A stretch of 63,746 nucleotides of DNA, counting the filler, from Octopus bimaculoides (Eukaryota): assembly GCF_001194135.2 (NCBI RefSeq). It is 5 parts of 4 records of this genome, joined end to end, with 100 filler letters (N's around TTAATTAATTAA, not from the genome) between each part and the next. Parts side by side here need not be neighbours in the genome. Positions count along the whole stretch, not along the records: positions 14,461 to 38,909 come from NC_068983.1; positions 39,010 to 61,339 come from NC_068983.1; 3 more parts are not named here. One strand, written 5' to 3'. Both the position numbers and the translations under genes were made by a program. Position 1 is the stretch's first letter. Each line of letters opens with the position of its first letter. The notes under the pieces are model-generated. The model ran no database searches, was not told the origin of the DNA, and was given only the letters and a program-made list of their open reading frames with translations. Shown here piece after piece: positions 37,212 through 50,384 of this stretch.

Positions 37212-38665
37212 CACACACACACACACATATATATATACCTACAGTGTAGTTATAAACTTACACATATACATACATACACACACATGTATACCTACACACA
37301 TATACATATACCTGCACACACATATACATACCTACACACACACACACATATATCTCATCATCATTTAACGTCCACATTCCATGCTGGCATTGGTTGGATG
37401 GTTGACAGGAGCCACCCTGGTAGAAGACCACTCCAGGCTATTGTCTCATTTGTCATGGTTTTTATGGTTGGATGCCTTTCCTAACACCAACCACCCTGCA
37501 GAGTGTGCTGAGTGCTTTTGGGAGATTCCATCAAAATGTATCAGGACTGTTGCTATGGTAACCGAGCTAAAGTAAGCAGAGTGAAGCCATTTGGCTCAGA
37601 TTGATCTTGAACTGTCTCACATGCAAACTAGGTTATTACATTCTTGCTTACCTCTGTTATTTATAGCAGTGCTTGGAAGTAGAGTAGGGTATAGTCTTCT
37701 CAGGGAATTTATTCTATAGCCCTGGGTGGACCACTGCCTTGTGTGCAAGCCCATACATGTGTCTTGAGGTATGTGTATGTCCTCCCTGTACCCACTGCTT
37801 AACAACTAGTGTTCGTTAGTTTACATCCCTGCTTCTTAGCACTTCATCAAAAGAGATTGGTAGATTGGTAGATTAAAAAAATTGTAGGTGCTGATTTGTT
37901 CAGCTAAACTCTTCAAGGTGGTGCCCTAGCATGACCATCGTCCTAATGACAAACAAGTAAAAGTTTAAGATATTCTACACATATCTCACACGTACAGATT
38001 TTCAGTATGCTTTCATTTAGAGCAAGTTTAAAAATACCAACACGAAAAGTGCAACTATTTATACAGATAATAATGGATTCATCTCGCGCTAAATGTGAAT
38101 TCAACAGTAAAGTGATATTCTAAATATATACGGTGGATTTTACACTTGAATGAACCTTCAAGGTTAAATGCACAGATCAAAAACCTTTGCTGCTAGAAGA
38201 CAAATTATTTACTTGGGTTTTTTTCCAATAAACAATTATTGATATATATATATATATATATATATATATNNNNNNNNNNCACACACACACACACACACAC
38301 ATAGATGTGTATGTGTGTTTATGAATAAATATGTATTATATGTGTGTGTATATATGTTTATAAATACACACACACACACACATTCATCATCATTGTTTAA
38401 CGTCCACTTTCCATGCTAGCATGGGTTGGACAATTTGACTGAGGACTGGTGAACCAGATGGCCACACCAGGCTCCAATCCGATTNNNNNNNNNNACAATT
38501 TGACTGAGGACTGGTGAACCAGATGGCCACACCAGGCTCCAATCCGATTTGGCAGAGTTTCTACAGCTGGATGCCCTTCCTAACGCCAACCACTGGGCGT
38601 ACGTTTTTAGAAAAACATAAATCCAGAGAAGCAGCATACTCTAAGAAGTAGAGCATTCTATATTT

Positions 38666-38869
38666 TTCCTTGTGAAGGCCGGTTTATGGGGGTTACCCTG
38701 GGTTTCCCATTCAGAAAAGGGTTTAACTTTCTGGCCTATGACTTCTTTAAAATATTTTCAAGAAGTCATAATAGGCCAACAGATCTTGGGGTCTGACGAT
38801 ACACCACAAAGTTAAACCCTCTATGGACAGGAAACACAGAGTAACCCCATAAATCAGCCTTTACCAGGA

Positions 38870-38870
<1 letters not shown>
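38666..38870. mobile_element. Foldback MITE with about 70-bp imperfect terminal inverted repeats and an inner inverted repeat
   Basis: ttccttgtgaaggccggtttatgggggttacc...gggtttaacttt versus aaagttaaaccc...gtaaccccataaatcagcctttaccaggaa; inner ggcctatgacttctt / aagaagtcataataggcc. Confidence 0.75.
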
Positions 38871-38909
<39 letters not shown>

Positions 38910-39009
38910 NNNNNNNNNNNNNNNNNNNNNNNNNNNNNNNNNNNNNNNNNNNNTTAATTAATTAANNNNNNNNNNNNNNNNNNNNNNNNNNNNNNNNNNN
39001 NNNNNNNNN
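38910..39009. other. Artificial 100-bp scaffold spacer
   Basis: 44 N + TTAATTAATTAA (38954-38965) + 44 N. Confidence 0.92.
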
Positions 39010-39046
<37 letters not shown>

Positions 39047-39970
39047 GTGTGTGGGGGGTATACATATATATACATATGTATTCTTTATATATTGTATTTC
39101 TGTAGCATATATTGCTATATATTCATCGCAGTACATATTTGTGCGCGTGAGTTGTTCTCTTAAACACCTACTTCATTTGGTTTCATATTTGTTATTTTAT
39201 ATATCCTATTATTCTATATCTGTTTGATCAACGGTCTGCATGGAGTAATGTTTCGCAGTTGTAAAGTATTTGCAGTGCATTATGTGAATTGTGAAACACG
39301 TTTTATCGTTATTGAAATCTCATAATTTATCGGAAGTATAAAATGAAAGTGTCATAGATTCGCACATCTGAGCGATTTTCTTATTATATTGTAGCTGCTA
39401 TTTTATCGAAGGTTTTGAAATATACTAAATTCGTTTATTCTTCTCTACAACCATATATGCGTGTGTGTGTATGTGTGTGTGCGTGTGTGTGAGTGTATGT
39501 GTGTGTGTGTGAGAGAGAGAGAGAGTGAGTGTTTGAGTGAGTGAGTGAGTGAATGAGTGAGTGAGTGAAAGAGATAGGTAGGCAGGTAGGTAGGTGTGTA
39601 TGTAGGGAGGGAGGGATGTTGGACAGACAGACGAACTAATGGATGAACAAATAGATAAGTATGTTCATTTATATCTTCTTTCGTATGATTGATACCCTAT
39701 TCACAAATATTGTTGAATATAAATTATTTCTTAGGAAGGTGCAGTTGCCAGACAAGCGACTAGATCTGCGACTTGTGTTGAAGCTAAAACAATAACAGCG
39801 TGTAAGAGATATCTTCTACTGGACGGAATCATATCAGTGGCCAGGACGCAGTTGATGCGACGATAAAAATACTAGCATCGCTTATGTGAAGATTTCAGTC
39901 TTCGTGTGCTTTTCAGTCTCTGATATACCTCTTCCATGCTCTAATTATTTTTATATAAGTAACTAATAAA

Positions 39971-40008
<38 letters not shown>

Positions 40009-40018
40009 NNNNNNNNNN

Positions 40019-40057
<39 letters not shown>

Positions 40058-40098
40058 CTGATAATATATAACACAGTTAATTGTGTAATGTATAAATA

Positions 40099-40295
40099 AT
40101 GGACAGCAGTATGGTAGCTAAGGCAATTAAAATCATGAAAACCGAGAAAGCCACTGGTCCAGCTGGAATCAAAGCTGAGATGAAGTACTGAAAAACGGCC
40201 TCAGGGCGCTGAAACTCTCAGGCGAGATGACAGAGGACCGAAATGCATGGCGACTTACCGTACTCAAGAAGATCCGTACTCCGCAGCAGAAATGA
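40099..40295 (+). mobile_element. Internally deleted RTE LINE relic
   Basis: AKAIKIMKTEKATGPAGIKAEM (pre-RT motif) abuts LRALKLSGEMTEDRNAWRLTV (ORF2 C-terminus). Confidence 0.6.
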
Positions 40296-42871
40296 GAGAT
40301 TTTGTTTCTTACAACTTGAAGTATATTCCTTCAGCTCCTCTTCGGTGCCTGTTCTGTTTTGGTAAGATGGTAGTGTCTTAGTAAGACTTATATCACTAAA
40401 TGGACAAGATATAATAGGAATGCCGGTGCACTCTCATACAAGTATTTGTCCTAATACCTCGACGTCTGCTGCATATTACATTACTTTCAGTTTGTTTCCC
40501 TGTACAATTGAAGATAAAACTTACGTTTTCAGGTGATGATGTCGTTTTCGCTTAGATATGGTTTGTAACTAGATTAAGCAGACCTAAAACAAAGAAATAT
40601 TTTCCAACCAAGCCCATCCCGTCGGATTAAGATACTGGCCAATCAAGGACTACATTGAATAATGAATCCATTTGACGATCAGATTAGAGAGAAATTTAGC
40701 TGATATACCGAGCATTCAATGAATGGCATCGAATCACAACTTGAGGATTCTGGAGTTTCTGGCTGATGACGATTGTATGTTTTATTAACATTATAAAAAA
40801 AATTAAGCTTCGTAGCACATCGGGGACTGTTTAGACATTCGAGGACATTAGGTATTATAGTATTCTTGACATTAGAACATATTTGACATTAGAAAATGTT
40901 TGGCATTGTGCATCTAGAAGATAGAAAACGTTCGAGATAGGAGGTTCTATATTGGAGTTATGTATCGCTAAATTTGGTATTAGAATGTAGGAGATTAAAA
41001 CAGGTTGGAATTTCAGAGATAAGAAACATAACAGGTAAAATTCACAAGAAGAGAAATGAGAGAAGTGAAGTACCAATGCATAGTATGAGGTCTTATCACA
41101 CTTGATCAACACAATCACACCATAAGCGACTCTGTTGCACCATATTTGACTGATAGAAACTGATATCACAATCCACAATACCTTGCTTTGCTTTCTGGTG
41201 TTTAGCTATAGTGAAAAAGATAAGATGATAGATTATCATTCTGTCAGTTTGATTCGTCAAAGTGTCGTGTACGTTACCACCACCTGACGGTTATGGGTAA
41301 CGATGTAGTGTGAGGCTAGAAGTTTGAGTCGAAGAGGGAAATACTACCCTCTCTCTAAGTGCTCCTCGTCAAAGTCCCCGAATTCCCTTTTGAAGATGAA
41401 TGTCAGGAGTAAATTGATTTATACTGCTTTGGAGTAAATGGACTTGGGGGATGGGTGAGAGCAGCAAGTATGGATACATGTGTCAATTTCCTACATGTAA
41501 CAGCAGGCCGAATATAAAAAGTAATGGAAGACGCATTTTACAATATAAAGCTCTAAATTCGAACGACAATACTTGTCATATCCTGGTGTAGTTGATGACA
41601 TTTCAACTTTAGCATCAATGACATTGTTTGTAATGTATATATACACATCACAGCGCAAAATATCCTCAGATCAGGTTTTCACCTATTTTAATGCCAAGAC
41701 ATCCTACTTCTGCCCTTTGATATGTATACAGAGCGAAATTTGAGTCTAGCGTCATTTGAGCTTCCTAATAATCTGAGGGAAAAGAAATAGAATACCAGTA
41801 ATACTGAAGATCAATTTAATTGACTCTGAAATTCGCCACGAAAATAAAAATCTTAACATACATTATTAGTTTATTACATACATTCTAAAACTACTATGTA
41901 TATTACTGTAATACACACACATAAATGCATATACATGCTCATATATATATATATANNNNNNNNNNNNNNNNNNNNNNNNNNNNNNNNNNNNNNNNNNNNN
42001 NNNNNNNNNNNNNNNNNNNNNNNNNNNNNNNNNNNNNNNNNNNNNNNNNNNNNNNNNNNNNNNNNNNNNNNNNNNNNNNNNNNNNNNNNNNNNNNNNNNN
42101 NNNNNNNNNNNNNNNNNNNNNNNNNNNNNNNNNNNNNNNNNNNNNNNNNNNNNNNNNNNNNNNNNNNNNNNNNNNNNNNNNNNNNNNNNNNNNNNNNNNN
42201 NNNNNNNNNNNNNNNNNNNNNNNNNNNNNNNNNNNNNNNNNNNNNNNNNNNNNNNNNNNNNNNNNNNNNNNNNNNNNNNNNNNNNNNNNNNNNNNNNNNN
42301 NNNNNNNNNNNNNNNNNNNNNNNNNNNNNNNNNNNNNNNNNNNNNNNNNNNNNNNNNNNNNNNNNNNNNNNNNNNNNNNNNNNNNNNNNNNNNNNNNNNN
42401 NNNNNNNNNNNNNNNNNNNNNNNNNNNNNNNNNNNNNNNNNNNNNNNNNNNNNNNNNNNNNNNNNNNNNNNNNNNNNNNNNNNNNNNNNNNNNNNNNNNN
42501 NNNNNNNNNNNNNNNNNNNNNNNNNNNNNNNNNNNNNNNNNNNNNNNNNNNNNNNNNNNNNNNNNNNNNNNNNNNNNNNNNNNNNNNNNNNNNNNNNNNN
42601 NNNNNNNNNNNNNNNNNNNNNNNNNNNNNNNNNNNNNNNNNNNNNNNNNNNNNNNNNNNNNNNNNNNNNNNNNNNNNNNNNNNNNNNNNNNNNNNNNNNN
42701 NNNNNNNNNNNNNNNNNNNNNNNNNNNNNNNNNNNNNNNNNNNNNNNNNNNNNTATAACTACTGGTTTATTTACAAATATGTCGATAGGTATACAATGAG
42801 AAGGGAAAGAGAAGGTAAGATGCTTTGTAATGAAATTTCAATGGGCTGACCACATCAAATTGAAAAGTAAT

Positions 42872-42919
<48 letters not shown>

Positions 42920-43900
42920 TTCCCCATCCTTTACTTTTTTTCCCTCTTTCTTGATTGTCCTGAAACTTCTCTCTCTCTCTCTATTTTCTCCCACCTCATT
43001 GCTTTTCTTCCTCACTTCCCCAACCCGCCCCTCAAACAAAAAACAAAAATATCCTTTCCTCTTCCAAACAAAACAAAAGAAAAAATCATCCGTTTCATAA
43101 AAATGAAGAACGAAACGTTCTGTTTTTACATTTTGATTTTGCCGTCAAGAGTTCGATAAATGAACGACAGCGTTAATAAAAGAATAATCCAAAATTCTAC
43201 CTCTTTTTTCTCAATAGATATTACACGTTCGAATATGCTACAGGCATATTTGAACCTTGAATTTATACACACCACCGCTTAGTGCTCCCACCCCATAATT
43301 TGTTTAGTGTGAGCCGCCGGTTAGCGCCGATTAGCTCTACCACTTGTATTAAAAACAGCATAAGAGAAACAATCTCTCTTATCAGCTCGCAGCGCCCCCG
43401 TCCGGTTTCTGTGATTGAAGAGGAGATAACCACTCCAAAATGTTTGTATCTCAAGGTCTGGATAGATGGCGCTGCATGCTGATTTTAGGTGTATTTACAC
43501 CATTTGTCTTCAGCGAGGAATTTTCTCCATACAAAACGTAGGGAATGGCTTGTTTACGAGATTCAACGTGTCACAAGTATTTGAACTGGTAATTGCATTG
43601 GATTTATACGCATCACTGCTTAGCCCTCCCACCTCGTAATATATACATATGAATATATATATATGTATTTATATATATGTATTTTACACACTCACTGACT
43701 TTTCGTTGTGACTTGCAGCCTTTTCAAAGGTTGCAAGTCGCAACGAAATTTTAGTAAAACTAGATAAGTAAATGAATGGAAATCGGTGAGCGTGTTAAAT
43801 TAATAAGGCTTTAAAAGAGTATGACTCTCTCCAGACACAATAAAATATGTTTCAACACACGAACTCACATAAAGAATCTTGCAAACCCAATACAAAACCG

Positions 43901-43958
<58 letters not shown>

Positions 43959-46264
43959 ATTTATTTGTGTTGAACTGCAACTGCTATATGAGTCATACTT
44001 TAGATATGTAAAGTTCGTATCTGATCGGAGGTAACGTATTTCTTGCTGCTCAGATATTTTAAGATGAAATACTTAAATGTTTTGCCATATTCCACACCTG
44101 AGAATGATAATTTCCAGGTTATATAATATTTCCTTTTTTTTATTTTTGTCAAGAGGTTTTGTTGACTGTTGTTATTGTGGTTTTGTTGGTTGTTGTTTTT
44201 TTTTTTCTCTTGCTATTGTGAAATCTCTATTTTCGTAAAGATAAACAGTATCGGATTTGTAAAAGTATTAATACAATATAAATTTCATTTCCAAGCAGAA
44301 CAGGAATCAAACAACAACTGTAAAACATATAAAAATATCGTAGTGGATCTATTTTTGGTTTTCGGTCATTAAATCTAACTTGGTGTGTAAATCGGATTAA
44401 ATCTGTCATGGAAACATCTGCTCTGTGTGTAATCTGTGAGAATATTCTTGAACACCGAGTTAATATTGTCGTTAAATGTGAAATGTGTTTTTTAATATAG
44501 AAAGCTGCTTCTCAGAAAGAAGAAATTGAGAAATGAATTTGGTCTGTAAAAGAGAGGTGTTCAAATTTTGTGTGAATACCCGTTATTTTTTTAAATTATG
44601 TAAATCTGTACCAACTGACTAACAACCAGAAATTAACCCTAACCCTAACACTTCGTAATGTAGCTATTGAAAAGAACTCGACTTATTAATAATGTTTTGA
44701 CAATGAACTCAAGTGTGATGCCACAGAATACGCTTCCCGTGCAGAACTGGTTGAAGTTACTGTTGTATCTGCAGAGATTAAGTTCAATGCATCGCAGTGG
44801 CACTGTAGGGGATACCTGAGTCGAAGACTTCCTGCTACTCAAACTTACATTCAACGTCATGTAGAGGTCATGGTCTCTACGAGGGCTGCTGTTCAACTGG
44901 CCATGCTGATTGTCTTCTTGTAGAAGTCTCCCAGTATGTGTGTACGCTAACAGTAGGGCTACAGAAGAATGCAGTGTAGTATTTGATTAGGTTCCCTAAA
45001 AAACCTAACTAAATGCTGCTCTGTATTTTGTCCGGTTTTCTACCGAATTATAACAATATTAATCATTTTCTTCTATACACAGGAAGATACATATTCAGAG
45101 ATAATTTTAATCAATTAAATTTTAATCAGGGTGAGAATGGTATTTTCTTCTCGCCCTCAGAAAATTGAACGAAAAGGATAACCTCACCTGGATTTGAACC
45201 CAGAATGCAATGGGCTGTAACTAAGCACAGCAACACATTTTTCCCAGAAGATCTGACGTTTCTAACTGGCCGCGGCCTTATAATAATGATATCTCATAAA
45301 AGTGCCACAATTTTGATGGATATGACTAGTTGACTATGTTGACCTCAGTAGTTGACTGGTATTAATTTTATGCACCAAAGTGAATGAAATGTAAAAATGT
45401 CTTCGGCTTAGTTTGAACTCAGAACGCAAAATAACCGAATACGTTCTATTTACAAGACAACAGAGTGTCTGCTTGTAAGGCTGACATAGCTATAAAAATC
45501 AATTAGTGATCGACACAGCTTTAAGTTTAGAAAGAGACAGACAGGTCTGGTCATGGCATTTATTGATTACATCAGGTCATGGCAGAGTTGTGAGGCCGCC
45601 GTGGATTCTGGAGACATTAGACACGATTATAGTATCAGTAAAAATAAACAGCAGCAGCGACATCAAACATGTCATGAGCAAATAGGAAGACATGTCCTTT
45701 GCTGCCTCGCATTAACATCTTTAACCTACAAGCTGAACGAAAACTGGATTCGAATACGAGTGCTATAGAACGGTAATTCAACCATTTTCCTCCTGTATAT
45801 GGAAGAGCGTTTGTATGCTGCAGATGACAAGTAATAATAACAACAACAGCAATAAAGACTATCACCTATAAAATACGTGTTCGCCAGGGATATGGGCAGG
45901 AAATTCGGATTTTCAAAAATGAGAAGGGGGAAATTTATATAAAAAGAAGAAAGTGCAAACTCATGTTAAGATAATGAAACAGAGATAAGAGAGATAAGAG
46001 ATGTACATCAAAAACAGACGTAGAAATACTTTTAGGAACGAAATAATGGTTTCGACAGACAATAACACACACACACACAAATAACGGAAAAGTTTGGGAA
46101 AGAATACTACAGCGACATTATAAGATAAATATTTCAACGACTGCAGCAGTCACCAATACACAAGCTGTTGGAGTAATTAACTTTAGTTTTGTTCTCAACT
46201 GGAATAAAATTGGTTTAAATTAATTTATTGCTGGTTCAGATGGAGAAATACTAAAATTACGAAA

Positions 46265-46701
46265 GGAAGCAACAATAATAATAACTGTTTCAAATTCAGG
46301 CGCATTACCGGTAATACTCGCGGGGCAGGAGTCGATAAGATTGACCTCAGTACCTGACTTTATTTTATTGATTTTGAACGGAAGAAACGCAAAACGGACC
46401 ACGGTCGTATTTGAACTCAGAACGTAATGATTCTGATGAAGAGCTACGAAGCATTTTATTCCAACGCGTTAACGGTTTTACCAGCTCACCACCACCGCCA
46501 CTTCATAATAATAATCCTTTTTACTATAGGCACACGGCCTGAAATTAGTGGGGAGGGGGATGAGTCGATTACATCGAGTTCAGTACTCCACTGGTACTTA
46601 ATTAATCGACATCGACCGGACGAACTGCTAAGTCGACCTCAGCGGAACTCAGAACGTAGCGACGGACGAAATGCTGCTAACGTTTCGGTCAGCACGCCGC
46701 C

Positions 46702-46705
<4 letters not shown>
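46265..46705 (-). mobile_element. Two SINE family A copies
   Basis: Family A core, CpGs largely retained. Confidence 0.7.
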
Positions 46706-46744
<39 letters not shown>

Positions 46745-48279
46745 CAACAACAATAATAATCTGCTCAATATCACAGATTTGCTTTGTCAGTTGCTTGACC
46801 TTAACCAGTTGAGCATGTCCCTTGGTGGCGGACGGTATGTACATCTTTGATCGCTATCAGAAATAGTTGAGGAGCATCATAGTCATGTATTGAGAGGAAT
46901 TCTTTGGGGTTTGAATTATTTTAGATTCGTTAGCAACAAATATGCCTGCATTTCCCTAAACTTTAGAATTGTCCTTCTTTGTATACAGAAAATATTTCAT
47001 TTCGTATACAGACACATATTTTGGTTTAACCTATGTAGACATCTTGCTACAATAGTTTCAGACTTCGATGTACATCTCAACTTCATTGCAACTGAATAGT
47101 ATCGGCTTCACCTCACTTGTTTTTTGTAATAAAGTGCAATTCATATAAAACACTGTTAAGCCTGTAGTGAAGTGGAGAGAGGTTTTATAATAAATCGTCA
47201 CAAATGTTTGTGACAAGAATATGATAAACTAGTTTAACTAGAGATAAAGTTCATACGAAATTGTTGTTGGCTTCTCCAGCTTCTAATCTCATGGTAACTT
47301 GATCACTGCTTCATGGGACCTTAAATAATTATACTCTGATAACCCTTCTCTTGTCAGAGCTACAATCCATAACAAATTTAGAGCAATGATAATTATGGCA
47401 ATTGTTGCTCCTACAACTGGTCTGTTTCTACCGGTGTTGCTGTTTCTGTTGTTATTGAATAGTTGTCATGATGTGGTGGTCCTTTATTCCTTATCATTTA
47501 TAACATTTCTGCTATTCGTAGAGCGCTCGTTAATATTTACTGGTGTCTGTAACGTTACATTATATTTATAATACTTGAGCTACTTCAATTATAGCATTTC
47601 TTTTGTCCATTTTGTGTGCTACAATTTATTTTATAATCTTCTCCTGATCTACCTTCATGTTAAGACTGCCAGAATTAGCTGTATTTAATAGGCACGGTTT
47701 GACATTTGAAGCTAAACTACGTATGACAATGCAACCAAATGTGCATGCGTAATCTCTCGCTGGCAGACTTTGGAATATAATGTTGTAGCAATAGAATTAT
47801 TCCATTTATACATTATTCTTCAAGCAAAAACATTCAACAGGGTAAAAACCGGAATACGGAACAAACCAAACCACCATGTCTCTGTCTGCCCGATGTCAGT
47901 CTAGGCAGGGTGTGTGCTTTCCCTGACTGGAAACAAAGGGAGCATCGTTAAATTGCAAGAGGAAAGGAAAATAAACTTACACAGGGACAGATCACGGAGA
48001 ATGACTGGGTTGCTATGCTATATAGAAATATAGCCACCCACAGGAAGACGTCGGTGAAAGGCAAACGATTGGACACTGGTGTCAGCGACCACTAGGATGA
48101 GAAGTAAGTGAAGGAGTAGTCCAAGCAATGGCTTGGACGTCAACATCAGCAACAAATCAACTACAGTTCTTGGAGTAATGAGTAACGTGACAGTAAGTCT
48201 GAAATAAATATAGAATAGCTTTGAATAAACTTGGAGGAGTATGCGGCGAAAATTAATATGAGAGCGACAACACACCCAA

Positions 48280-48545
48280 CAATGGTCTAATATACAATTC
48301 CTGACCCACTTCAACACCATATAATGGTTGTGAGAGTAACGTCCGAAAACATGTTTCTTATCTGTCTAAAGAATTCGAGCCGTCTTGTATCCGCTGAGGC
48401 ATGGACAGTCGTTTGTCTGAGGGCACCACTTTTACTCTCGGTCAAGTCGAGAATCACCGAATTACCGTTTGAATCATGGGAGATTGCACGTATGATGTGG
48501 CCTAAGAATTTCTGAAAGAACACAGCCACCTCATCGTTCAACTAT
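48280..48545 (-). mobile_element. Degenerate L1/Tx1-clade LINE endonuclease fragment
   Basis: EVAVFFQKFLG...DSNGNSVILDL...GALRQTTVHAS...RLEFFRQI...then NCILDH after a frameshift; resembles the APE pattern GVAVL / D..GR...LD / FRL.AVYAP / FF..L / NAILD. Confidence 0.45.
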
Positions 48546-49164
48546 GACAAACCATGAGATGACTACATCTTGTATTCAGAAAAAATGCTTGTGTTCTAGT
48601 GATGCTGGGTTCTCTAACCTCTCTCTATCCTATGTGTAGCGTCCATTCAATTATAAACTTGCTTTCAAGCTGTCCCCACGCCGCGCATATTTCTACCCCT
48701 CAATATGAGGGTCGGGTCTCTCTCACCTGCGTCCTGGAGGCAGACGGACGCTTAATTCGGTTCCTTTTTAGTTAAGAGAGAGGTTTTGAAAACAGTTTGC
48801 AAAGGATTTTTATTCTTTCTTTTATTTGTTTCAGTCATTTCATGATCGATAAAATAAGTACGGATTGAGCAATGGGGTCAATGTAATCGACTCACACCCT
48901 CGCGCGAAATTGCGGGCCTTGTGCCCAAAATTTGAAATTATAGTATTAGTTACTGTATTATTTCTGTGGACATGACATCCGACTCTGCTGTATTTCAGTT
49001 TAAAAAAGATTGAATACATTAGATGTTCCATTCACGCCAGTAAACCTCTTCACTGTAGACTCTAATTACGACGTTCAGCGATTAACTCCGAAATATATGA
49101 ATACAAGCAATTTAGAATTATATTAATAGAGACATATTTATACCGACCTTGACGAAGAATATAC

Positions 49165-49378
49165 TCTTCTATTCTTGGCACAAAGCCCGAAATTTGGGGG
49201 GATGATGTCAGTCGATTAGATTGACTCAAGTACGCAACTGGTACTTAATTCACTGAACCTGAAAGCATGAAAGGCAAAGTCCACCTCGGCGGAATTTGAA
49301 CTCAAAACGAAGAGACAGACGAAATACCGCTAAGCATTTCGCCCGGCGTGCTAACACTTCTGCAAGCTCACCAACTTA
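49165..49378 (-). mobile_element. SINE family A copy
   Basis: Near-consensus family A body and head. Confidence 0.8.
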
Positions 49379-50353
49379 CAGAGGAAGAAGAATATAAGAT
49401 CATATGGTGAAGGGTTGATTGCACTGGTGGAACAGAGAAGATAATTGGTCGCAGCGTTTAGGTTTCTCCATTTGTAATCTGTGTTCAAATCTAGAATGCG
49501 CCACGTTCAAATTTGCATTTTATTCTTCCGATGTGGTGGTGGGATAAAATTAGTAGCTGTCAAGTACTGGGACGAATTTAATATTCATATCGACATCTTC
49601 GCTATGAATGGAATTATATTAAATGACTAAGTCGACAAAAAAGGTTTATGTTTCATGAAATAAATCTGTTGACATTAAACGACTCTTCATATTATAACAG
49701 AAAAAAATACGAGTCTTTTCGAGAGAACAAGTGAAACAGTTGTTTGTAATAAAATTTCTTTTCACGTAGTTTTATTTCATCGAATTCATTAGTGACTTGA
49801 ATAAGATTGAATATGTTAAAACTTTTAAATAATAGTGAAATACAGCTTCAGAGGAGATTGCTAACTCAGATAGGCAACGACAAGACAATGGTATGAATAA
49901 TTATAAGGTGCGTGTACGATCTCCTCCCAGAGTGACACAGGCATGACTACAAGAAATTAGATTTTCAGTCTCTACGATCTTGCCATAGATAACAATATAC
50001 TCTATTAATATTCCCTTCGTTGAATGAGCTTCTTTATAACATTGTTTGGTAGAAAAAAAGAACATACCGAACATACAATGATTAATAAAATAGACTATAA
50101 TAGAAATGCCTTATGAATTAATGAGATTAGCAATCAGGAAATGTCAATAATTAAAATGGAAAATGAATGGATTGCTACTCACCAAATGGTTAGCGCTTAT
50201 GATCGATAGTTCTATATTTCAATTAGATATTACACTATACTCTTGTTCAATTTCCTTAAACAATTCATTTAAGACCATACCTATATATAACGTATATACA
50301 TACATGCATATACATATGTATACACATTATATATGCACCAAAATTTGAAGCCA

Positions 50354-50384
<31 letters not shown>

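Noticed and set aside
38435-38548. Tandem duplication of about 54 bp of a family C element
   Set aside because: Identical copies flank a 10-N gap: a typical unmerged contig overlap.
40335-40361. 27-nt microexon (ccttcAG|...TTG|GTAAGA)
   Set aside because: Good-looking splice sites but no neighbouring exons or homology to anchor it; such pairs are common by chance.
40855-41178. 107-aa minus-strand ORF
   Set aside because: No recognisable motif or splice signals; composition typical of AT-rich non-coding DNA.
44634-44648. Interstitial telomeric repeat (TAACCC)2
   Set aside because: Only two and a half units; expected by chance or as a transposon subterminal motif.
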